A DNA stretch of 64,000 nt. Origin: Balanoglossus misakiensis. Its lineage: Eukaryota > Animalia > Hemichordata. The stretch lies in the NCBI GenBank assembly GCA_040954595.2, contig CM082588.2:7858844-7922843 (forward strand). Reading direction: 5' to 3'. The translations under genes were made by a program, and so were the position numbers. Shown piece after piece: positions 1-10,934 of this stretch. Under the pieces are notes generated by a model. That model saw nothing but the letters and a program-made list of their open reading frames with translations, was not told where the DNA came from and ran no database searches. Each line of letters begins with the position of its first letter. Positions within the stretch are counted from its first letter, which is position 1.

Positions 1-217
1 CAACATACTGTTTCCAGATGGAAATATAATCAATTTACTAAAGACAAATAAGGTGAACAAATAAACAAAATTTGATTTGTTCCCTTTATAACAGTACTAG
101 AATCAATTATCTACCACAAAGTATTTTTCTTGACCAGAACTATGACAAATTCAAAAGGCTTATGAGTTCCACAGATTTACGGGTATTATTGAATATTTGC
201 AAGTATGTTTATTAAGC

Positions 218-578
218 TATGGCTGTGAGAAGAACAGCCACTTATAGGATGAATAATATTGTTCAACTTTCTTTGTATTTGTGTAGTCAGCATTCACTTT
301 GTATTTGTGTGATGTATTACTTTATTTGAGAACTGGATGTTCTCCTTGCATTTGGACCTGAGGTCTTCAAACGCAATAAATTACTATTATTATTACTGGC
401 TGTGAGAAGAGCAGCCACTTGCCACTCATAGAGTGTATAATATTGTTCAACTTTCTTTGTATTTGTGTAGTCAGTATTTCACTTTGTATTTGTGTGATGT
501 ATTACTTTATTTGAGAACTGGATGTTCTCCTTGCATTTGGACCTGAGGTCTTCAAACGCAATAAATTACTATTATTAT
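218..578 (+). repeat. 184-bp tandem repeat (~2 units) in the 3' flank of an NLR paralog lying upstream of the window
   Basis: Bases 1-~950 match the sequence following the stop codons of the other copies (e.g. 8027-8990, 47997-48970). The unit contains GAGAACTGGATGTTCTCCTTGCATTTGGACCTGAGG. Confidence 0.85.
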
Positions 579-1175
579 TACGAAGGACACAATTTGTATG
601 TAAGGAAATATGCAGAGAGTAGCAGAATATTTATTTAAACCAAGTGACACACTTTTGTAAGACACATTCCTGTATAGATTCCATTTAGTTCTGTTTCTTA
701 CCTCTGTGCAAAAATGCCAACATTTGCTGGAAATTGGACGAGACTTATCAAGTTTGGAGATGGCACAACAAGAGTTTATATATCTTAACTCATTGTTATG
801 CATTTGCTTATTTCTATTTATTGCTTTACTTTATTGTTTTTTTTATTGAAATTTTTTTTTCTTAATTTCTATAGAACCTGTAAATGAGACTTGTTTCAGT
901 TGGTCTTCCTTGAAATAAATAAAGTCTGAGAAGAAAGCAATTCTGAAAAATCTGTTTTCTTTATTTGGTCTAAACTAGTTTTTTTGGGGTTGACAAAGGA
1001 AGTTTTTTGGTGCACATTTAACGCAGAAACAGTTGACCTTGGAAATCTTCATTTGATTTCCAACAAATTTTCTCAAAAAACAACAGAAAATACTAGTTGT
1101 AGGTATTTGGATGTTTTCTCACACCATCTCTTAAAAATTCTCAAAAAAAGATACCATCGTATAAAACTGTGTTAA

Positions 1176-1344
1176 AGGTATACAGTCACCTCCAATTTAA
1201 ATACGCCCATATATGGCTGAAATGGCGTTTTGAGTGTTCTACAAGACATATGGAGGCGGTCTTTTTTCGCGTGTGGCACCCACTGAAAATCTGTGATTGG
1301 CTAGATCTCAATTTGCCCTGGTAACTGTAGCTAACTGTATACCT
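1176..1344. mobile_element. Kolobok-like MITE (TTAA TSD), family A
   Basis: TTAA|AGGTATACAG...CTGTATACCT|TTAA. Also present in paralogous flanks at 9207-9376, ~30744-30914 and ~49193-49364. Confidence 0.6.
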
Positions 1345-2420
1345 TTAATTCCTTGAGCTGCCACAAGATTGCCTCAGTGTTTTTGCTAAGGCCGGGAAAC
1401 ACTGGTAAATGAGTTGGGAACCCCGGTAACACTTCTGCTAGCTACTAATATGACTGCATTGACATACAAAGGGGAACTCTGGTAAAATGACTGGGGAACC
1501 CCGGTAACATTTATCTGGCTAATGCCCTTAACAAAAACACTGCACTTTCTCTGCTATTTCAGTCCAAAGAACAATTACACCAGGAAAAATATGTGTGTCA
1601 TTTAACGTCTTAAAAATAGAAAACATTGCAAGGGTTTCCTGAGCTAGTCCCTTCTCAGGTCCAAAATGAAGTAGTGTAAATTTTTTTCTCCCAAGAGGGG
1701 GAATGGTGGTGTTCCTTCAGTAAAACGAAAAATAATTCTCGCTTTTCCCATCATTTGTGTACTTGTACGCACAGTCCAATATATATTTCAGTCTGCCGTA
1801 CATCTGCAAGAGAAAAAGAAATGTATTCAAAGTCCATGAGCTGTACGTTTAGGATTTTTTGAAATTATTGAGATCTTTGTATAGTTTCTCCTAAACCAAT
1901 TTAAACGTCATGAAATACTCACTGTTTATCAACACAGTTCATGTCTTTGCATGCAGTCAGCATTGTTTGTTTGTGAACACTTGAATTCATTTCTCCAGAA
2001 ACACTTACCACCAGTATTACTTGTACACAGACTATGTTGACAAGCCGAAAACTTTTTAGCATAATGAAAAAATAGTCAAATTATAAAGTTACTGCCAAAT
2101 TAAAAAGTATTAAACCATGGCATACACTTGAGTATTTTTACGTACATGAATGTCTCAAATAAACACAGATAGTTGGTGATAGTGATAAGTATATCATTGG
2201 TGGTTGAGTTATGTTAGTATTGACTCCACAAATACTGCAACCTAACCAACATTACATTTCGAAAGCTTGTTGATGAGGTCATCAACATAGACATAAATAA
2301 ATATGGGAAAGTACACCTCCTTAACCTAACTACATGGATATATAGAAGAACACCCTAATTAGCATTTTGACCTATCTGAAGTCAAATGCCATGAATATAT
2401 TCAGGCGAAAACGAGGTTGA

Positions 2421-2431
2421 GGGGATTCCCC
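2421..2431. promoter_or_regulatory. NF-kB (kB) site GGGGATTCCCC upstream of NLR copy 1
   Basis: Perfect match to the kB consensus GGGRNWYYCC, about 465 bp upstream of the ATG and retained in all five copies. Confidence 0.55.
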
Positions 2432-2895
2432 GATGATATCACCATTACGGACAACCATATATTTCTTTTTTGTTTATATGTACTTGCCTCCTAGTATTTT
2501 GCGCCAATGTCAGTGGCCTTCACATTTGAAATCGTAACCCCCAAACATTGATTTGTAGGACTTTTCTAGTCATATGATATAAAGTTACGAGAAACTTCAT
2601 CTGATTGTATCATTCTAACCACTTAACTTTAGCACTCAAAATATTTCAAGTGAGTTTCACATATACATATACATGGAAAAGTAAGGCCTGACTGTGCCAA
2701 GCCTCTGCTAGTTCAGACTGCGTGTTTGTGATTTGCACACAGAGTTGGAATTTGCGCCTGGTTTTAGCAAATGTGAACAATTTAGTGTATCACCAACACT
2801 GTTCGAGGTAATCTTGGAATTGGAGGTCTTCATATATCTGCGCCCAAGTGCTTCCAGAACTGGAGTCAAGTTGTGTTTTGTGATATTGTACAAAG

Positions 2896-5800
2896 ATGGC
2901 GACCGGTGGTGCATTTTTAACTACAGCCGAGAAGGTGAATCACGCTAGACTTTGTCAACTACTTATCGACGGTGGAACTAAAGCGGTGAGATGTGTATTT
3001 GACAACAAGATTCCACCTAATCTGCTTGCGAAAACTCTTAACAAGCATAAGGCATCGTTAGTGAGACTACGAATGTCGTATAAAGGACCTAATCCGGGTC
3101 CAAAGGTTATCAGTGATGGTCAGTGGGATCTGTTATACCCAACCCAACCCAAGCCTGTTAAGTCTGAACATTTCGACATTACATTGCTCACAGTTTTATT
3201 GCGGAATATCTGTGGCCTTCGAGTGACACAATCCTCCCCTGGTGTTGAAGCTGATGTGGCCCGAATAAGAGAGTTCAGGAATAGACTTCAACACATGACT
3301 GGCACAGCTGTCCCTGAGAGCGAATTTCAATCTTTCTGGGATGACATTAGTAAAGTATTGGTACGTCTTGGCGCTAAGCAGGGAGATATCGATCAGTTGA
3401 AGACTGCGAGTATGGACCTTGCTGAGACAGACAAATACGAACAAACTTTAAAGCACTGGGAAGAATCTGACATGGTGCTGGAAAAGTTGGTAAAGCGTAT
3501 GAAAGAGAAAATTGGCAATCAAACTCGTCAGCTTGGTCAGATATCAGAGACACAGAGTGACCATAGCAGTACTTTGGCTGATATCGAACAGAACCAACGG
3601 GAGAACCAACAAGAAACGACTCACCATCTTGGTCAGATATCAGAGACACAGAGTGACCATAGCAGTACTTTGGCTGATATCGAACAGAACCAACGGGAGA
3701 ACCAACATGAAACGACTCAACATCTTGGTAAGATATCAGAGACACAGAGTGGCCATAGCAGTACTTTGTCTGATATAGAACAGAACCAACGGGAGAACCA
3801 ACATGAAACGACTCAACATCTTGGTCAGATATCAGAGACACAGAGTGGCCATAGCAGTACTTTGGCTGATATCGAACAGAACCAACAAGAAACGACTCAA
3901 CATCTTGGTCAGATATCAGAGACACAGACTGGCCATAGCAGTACTTTGGCTGATATGCAACAGAATCAACGGGAGAACCAACAAGAAACGACTCAACATC
4001 TTGGTCAAATATCAGAGACACTGGTTGACATCAAAGAAGGCCTCAAGACTTCACATACCAGTGAGTCAAGAACATGTGTTCCAGGTAATATTTAAGATGG
4101 AGAAGTGGAATTCATTTCTTTGGCTGAAATCTACAATCATGGTTGCTTAGTTTGAAAAAAAGATTCTGTTGTATGGTACACCACCGTTAAAAAATAACTT
4201 TTTCTATAAATTCTCTCGTTTATCTCAAGATGCTTCCTGTGCTTGGTGCAACTGTAAGAGTGATAATCTCAAGAAGTTTATACGCTGTTGTGCAGTGATG
4301 TATTGTGGGAAAGACTGTCAGAAACAACACTGGATGAAAGGTCACAGAGAAGAATGCAAAGGTACAATTGATCATTTTCTGAACTACACATGACCCCACG
4401 AGATGTCACGTAGCTAAGCAATTTATATGGGAGGACATTCCCCTGGCACAGGGCAAACAATTAACACATGTTCCACCATATTCAATGGCACAAACAATTT
4501 CCTTTTCTGTTAAACTCTGCACCTATTCTAATTTCTTAGCTACCAACCCGTTGCTATGGTAATTAACCAAGTCTCAGGAGATTTCTCATTGAGCTGGAAA
4601 TCATCATTGTTAAAGTCTGAACCTATATTCCAGTTACATACCAAGCTAGATAGTATGAAAATATTCACAAAAACCTTTTAGTACATGTAAGAACTTATAA
4701 ATAAGATACTGAAAATTTCCATGTTTCACGCATAATTTTTGTATTCTCATGTGCAGAGCTGTCTGTCAAAAAGCTGGGGGTAATCACGACATGACCCTGC
4801 CTATGTGGAACACAATATGTGGTTCATATACTACGGTAGTTGTGGGTCATAAATCCTCTAGTATACCATATGTAACCCCTGACTATATTATACTTAGTAC
4901 AATGATGTTTTACAGCTTGTGAAAATGGTAAACTAAATCTGCAATACAAAAGTCATACTATCAATATTATATAAATTGTTTTTCTACAGATAATTCTGCA
5001 GGGTTTGAGTGGCTGAAAGACCATCTCAAAAAATTGTACAGCCATGACTTTGACAAGTTCCAACCGTTGCCATGGAATGAAAACTTCTCACTCCATTTAT
5101 CTGATGTCTATACCCGACTGAAGATGTTAGAGGTTGATGAAAGGGGTAAGATCATTAAGGACAATGAAGAAAATGACACTGTAGTTCATGAAAGTGCAAT
5201 ATTTGAAGCAGATCGAAATGGAGTGAGAACACGTAGAATAAGAATTGAAGGACCTCCAGCTATTGGCAAGTCAATGTTTTCACGAAAGCTGGCCTACAAC
5301 TGGGCTTGTGGAAAATTAGAGCAATTTAAATTAGTCTTTCTGTTGGAAATGAGATATATGAGTAAAGAATCAATCATAGAAACCATATTTGATCAATTAC
5401 TTCCTGATGATGCAGAAATTTCCAGAGATGAGCTTGACAAGGTTCTGAAAAGGAATGCAGATTCTGTGCTGTTCCTCTGTGATGGTTTGGATGAAATGTG
5501 TAAGGATTTCAAGGAAAGTTCTGATATTAGTCGGATTATTGCAAAGAAATTATTGCCAAGATGTACAGTAGCTATCACAACCAGGCCCCATGAATGTGAC
5601 ACAGAGTTGAAAAACTGTGATTCACATTATCACATACAGGGCTTCACAAAGAGAGATTGTAGGGAATATATCATGAAGTACTTCAAGCATGAGTGTGAGA
5701 CTGGTGAGAATTTGATCAAAAATTTGGAACAAAACCTCCAGTTTAAATGGTTGGATGATTTCCTTAGTAATCCCTTACATGTTTCATTTCTTTGTGTACT

Positions 5801-7838
5801 GTGGGAGGATCATCAAGATGGTGACCATTTCCCAACTAGAGTGACAGAGTTGTATTTTGAAGTATTGAAGTGTATTTTGAAGAGGTATTGTTCCAAGACT
5901 GGAGTCTGTCTTGATGAACAAGGAGAAGTACCCGTTGATATCATGGCTGATGTAAATAAACTGGCTGCCATTGCTTATAATTATCTGAAACAGGGAAAAA
6001 TACTCATAAATGAGGTAGATGTGATGCCATCATGGCTCTTGTCACTAGGGTTACTTGTGCGTGATTGCGGTGTATCTCGCACAAAACCAAAGAAAGTTTG
6101 TTTCTTTTGTCACAAAAGTTGGCTGGAATATTTTGCTGCTTTACATATTGCTGAATGTGTGAAGGATACTGCTTCCTTTGATGAGTTTCAATTTCTATCT
6201 GACGACATTTACCACAATTTCCAAGTCTTGGTATTTCTGACTGGGACTCTGAAGGAGAAAGCTGGTCCAGTATTTAAGGAAATTGGGATGGAGACGTGCA
6301 AGTCTGCAGGTGATACTCACTTAACCGACAAAATGAACCGCTATATAGATTTCTTACATGAAAGTGTCAATTATGAAGCATTTTTGAAATTCATAGAACC
6401 CATCCTTTATCAATTGAAGTGTGTCGCTTGTAGTCGTTCATTTTATTATAGCGCAAACAGATCTGTGTTTGTCAATTCTATATGTATCTCTTTACCATTA
6501 CCATATTTTCTAAGTGACGATTTGAATTTTCGTACAATGTATTATGAAAATAGTTACTTGATGATAATCATTTATATACTGAAGTATATACACTCACGTG
6601 AAAGTAGACCCAAATTTAATAAAAATCTCCAGTTAGATATAAACAAAATGCAATCATCAGAGATTTTCTATTTGGCAGAGGCACTGGAGAAGAATCTTAT
6701 TTCTCTTGAATGCCTTGTGTTGTATGTGACTTCATCCAGTGGCAAGGATCTGCTTCAGTTGGCAAAAGCTTTCAGAGAAACCAAAGCGGTACAAAACATT
6801 TATATCGTTGTAGGGATTGATATGGAAATTGTTGTTGACAGCACTCCCAAATGTAAGCAAGACACCTCAAATAAAGAAACAGATTTGACATCACGCACTT
6901 TAGGAAACCTTATTGAAAATGCTGTGAAAAATAAGCATATTGATTGTTTGTCATTGCATACATTTGACCGGTCTGACCATCAACGGGAGAATATTGAAAA
7001 CATTGTTCCATATAAGTCATTGAAACAGACCAGGCACTTTCATAATATTGTGGAAACCGAAACAGGTGTAAATAGCGTATTACTGAAAGTTGCTGATATG
7101 CTTGAACACTGTCAATCTACCAAGGTTTGTCACGTGGTACTTGATGATAGTGTCAGATATTATGCCATTGAGGGCAGTACTGCAAGAGCTTTGTCAAAAG
7201 CTGTTCAAAATATCAGCAAAACAATTAATTCTCTTAGCTTGCTTGTCACATCAGAATTTTTAGATATACCGGAATATTTTGATGTTCAATCTGAATTTTT
7301 GCCTATATGTCATGTTGTGAATGAGATTTTACACATTTTGAAGTCTAACACCACATTAGAGGATCTTAAGTTATTTATAGAGAATGAAAATGTTGATGCT
7401 GTATTGAAGTTTATTCAATGTAATAAGTATGTCAAGTCACTGTCCTTTGCTCTGTATCAGTCCAGAATGAGCATAGACCATTTATGTTCAGCTCTCTGTG
7501 CTGCTTTGAGTTCCAATACAACTCTGGAAAGCTTTGCGCTGCATTTGTGTGATGAGTCAGATGCAATGTATAGTAACACTGAACATTCCACTGAGCATAA
7601 GTATATAAGTAAATTCATTTTACCAACACATAGATTATTGTGTGATGGAAAAACTGCATTGAAGACGATTTCATTTACTTTTCAATCATCAAGTCCAGAA
7701 CGCAGGGATGATATTGTCAATGTCATGACCGAGCATTTTAAAGGAAATGTTTCAGGGTCATACCAATACACTGTGAAGAAGCACATCTGGTATCACATTT
7801 ATATTCACATTCTTAAAGTATCGATCAGTGGACCCTAG
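2896..7838 (+). CDS. HEPN-coiled coil-MYND-NACHT-LRR-like NLR, copy 1; join(2896..4084,4230..4361,4990..7838), 1389 aa
   Basis: Splice sites CCAG|gtaata, caag|AT, AAAG|gtacaa and tacag|AT are all phase 1 and give one open frame. HEPN_DZIP3-like motifs FDITLLTVLLRNICGL and RIREFRNRLQH; MYND CAWC..YCGKDCQKQHW..H..EC; Walker A GPPAIGKS; Walker B LFLCDGLDE; ITTRP; NPL; FCHKSWLEYFAA; LRR-like SNTTLEDLKL and SNTTLESFAL. Confidence 0.85.
3532..3999 (+). repeat. Coding minisatellite, 96/84-bp units (32/28 aa), 5 units (L-L-L-S-L)
   Basis: Unit LGQISETQSDHSSTLADIEQN(QREN)QQETTQH read directly from the sequence. Confidence 0.95.
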
Positions 7839-8144
7839 AGAATGCTGAATGCCACATTTGCATAAGATGCATTCTGCTATATAGGGGAAACCCCATGAAA
7901 AATTGTAAACTTTAAATATTTTTTACATACACTTAATTTAAGGTACAGATATAAAATATACCAGGTAACAGACTATACTATAGACAACAATGCTTGCACA
8001 GTTAGACAAACTGACAAGAGATTTTCAACATACTGTATCCAGATTGAAATTTAATCAATTTACTAGGGACACAAAGTGAACAAATAAACAAAATTTGATT
8101 TGTTCACTTTATAACAGTACTAGAATCAAATATTTACCACTAAG

Positions 8145-8617
8145 TTTCACTTTGTATTTGTGTGATGTATTACTTTATTTGAGAACTGGATGTTCTCCTT
8201 GCATTTGGACCTGAGGTCTTGAAACGCAATAAATTACTTTTATTATTACTGGCTGTGAGAAGAGCAGCCACTTGCCACTCATAGAGTGTATAATATTGTT
8301 CAACTTTCTTTGTATTTGTGTAGTCAGCATTCAATTTGTATTTGTGTGATGTATTACTTTATTTGAGAACTGGATGTTCTCCTTGCATTTGGACCTGTGG
8401 TCTTCAAACGCAATAAATTACTATTATTATTACTGGCTGTGAGAAGAGCAGCCACTTGCCACTCATAGAGTGTATAATATTGTTCAACTTTCTTTGTATT
8501 TGTGTAGTCAGCATTCACTTTGTATTTGTGTGATGTATTACTTTATTTGAGAACTGGATGTTCTCCTTGCATTTGGACCTGAGGTCTTCAAACGCAATAA
8601 ATTACTATTATTATTAC
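8145..8617 (+). repeat. 184-bp tandem repeat (~2.6 units), putative 3' UTR of copy 1
   Basis: GAGAACTGG recurs at 8181, 8365 and 8549. Confidence 0.9.
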
Positions 8618-10449
8618 GAAGGACACAATTTGTATGTAAGGAAATATGCGGAGAGTAGCAGAATATTTATTTAAACCAAGTGACACACTTTTCCTGTATA
8701 GATTCAATTTAGATCTGTTTCTTGCCTCTGTGCAAAAATGCCAACAACTGTACGAGACTTATCAAGTCTGGAGATGGCACAAGAGTTTATATATCTTAAC
8801 TCATTGTTATACATTTGCTTATTTCTATTTATTGCTTTACTTTATTGTTTTTTTATTGAAATGTTTTTTTCTTAATTTCTATAGAACCTGTAAATGAGAC
8901 TTGTTTCAGTTGGTGTTCCTTGAAATAAATAAAGTCTGAGAAGAAAGCAATTCTGAAAAATCTGTTTTCTTTATTTGGTCTAAACTAGTTTTTGGGGGTT
9001 GACAAAGGAAATACACTATTGCAAAATGGTATTTTTTGGTGCACATTTAACGCAGAAACAGTTGACCTTGGAAATTTTCATTTGATTTCCAACAAATTTT
9101 CTCAAAAATCAACAGAAAATACTAGTTGTAGGTATTTGGATGTTTTCTCACGCCATCTCTTAAAAATTCTCAAAAAAAGAGATACCATCGAATAAAACTG
9201 TGTTAAAGGTATACAGTCACCTCCAATTTACATATGCCCATGTATGGCTGAAATGGCATATTTGAGTGTTCTAAAAGACATATGGAGACGCTCTTTTTTT
9301 GCGTGTGGCACCCACTGAAAATCTGTGATTGGCTAGATCTCAACTTGCCATGGTAACTGTAGCTAACTGTATACCTTTAATTACTTGAGCTGCCACAGGA
9401 TTGCCTCAGTGTTTTTGCTAAGGCCGGGAAACACTGGTAAATGAGTTGGTAACCCCAGTAACACTTCTGCTAGCTACCAATATGACTGCATTGACATACA
9501 AAGGGGAACTCTGGTAAAATGACTGGGGAACCCCGGTAACATTTATCTGGCTACTGCCCTTAACAAAAACACTGCACTTTCTCTGCTATTTCAGTCCAAA
9601 GAACAATTACACCAGAAAAAATATGTGTGTCAATTAACGTCTTATAAATAGAAAACATTGCAAGGGTTTCCTGAGCTAGTCCCTTCTCAGGTCCTAAATG
9701 AATTTTTTTCTCCCAAATGGGGACTGGTGGTGTTCATTCAGTAAAACGAAAAATAATTCTCGCTCCTCCCATCATTTGTGTACTTGTACGCACAGTCCAA
9801 TATACGGTATATTTCAGTCTGCCGTACATCTGCAAGAGAAAAAGAAATGCATTCAAAGTCCATGAGCTGTACGTTTATGATTTTTTGAAATTATTGTGAT
9901 CTTTGTATCAAGAACAGTTTCTCCTCGACTGATTTAAACATCATGAAATGCTCACTGTTTATCAACACAGTTCATGTCTGTGCATGCAGTCAGCATTGTT
10001 TGTTTGTGAACACTTGAATTCATTTTTCCAGAAACACTTACCACCAGTATTACTTGTACACAGACTATGTTGACAAGCAGAACACTTTTGAGCATAATGA
10101 AAATGTAGTCAAATAATAAAGCTAATGCCCAATTAAAAAGTATTTAGACCATGGCGTACACTTGAGTATTTTTACGTACATGAATGTCTCAAATAAACAC
10201 AGATAGTTGGTGAAAGTGATAAGTATATCATTGGTAGTTGAGTTATGTTAGTATTATCTCCACAAATACTGCAACCTAACCAACATTACATTTCGAAAGC
10301 TTGTTGATGAGGTCATCAACATAGACATAAATAAATATGGGAAAGTACACCTCCTTCACCTAACTACATGGATAGAGGAACACCGTATTAGCATTTTGAC
10401 CTATCTGAAGTCAAATGTCATGAATATATTCAGGCGAAAACGAGGTTGA

Positions 10450-10460
10450 GGGGATTCCCC
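10450..10460. promoter_or_regulatory. NF-kB site GGGGATTCCCC upstream of NLR copy 2
   Basis: Same motif and context as 2421-2431. Confidence 0.55.
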
Positions 10461-10934
10461 GATGATATCACTATTACGGACAACCATATATTTATTTTTG
10501 TTTATATGTACTTGCATACTAGTGTTTTGCGCCAATGTCAGTGGCCTTCACATTTGAAATCGTAGCCCCCAAACATCGATTTGTTGGACTTTTCTACCCA
10601 TATGATATAAAGTTACGAGAAACTTCATCTGATTGTATCATTCTAACCACTTAACTCTAGCACTCAAAATATTTCAAGTGAGTTTCACATATACATATAC
10701 ATGGAACGGTAAGGCCACTGTGCCAAGCCTCTGTTTGTCATAGTTTAGAGTTCAGACTGCGTGTTTGTGATTTGCACACAGAGTTGGAATTTGCGCCTGG
10801 TTTTAGCAAATGTGAACATTATAGTGTATCACCAACACTGTTCGAGTTAATCTTGGAAGTGGAGATCTTCATATATCTGCGCCCAAGTGCTTCCAGAACT
10901 GGAGTCAAGTTGTGTTTTGTGATATCGTACAAAG

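Noticed and set aside
552-1175. Short ORFs recurring in each flank (MHNNEL..., MGLTKE..., MHTELE...)
   Set aside because: They recur only because the flanks are duplicated; lengths and frames vary between copies.
5034-7838. NACHT ORFs as stand-alone genes starting MYSHDF
   Set aside because: The start is a TTG 44 nt inside an exon that begins at a polypyrimidine-CAG acceptor in phase with the upstream exons.
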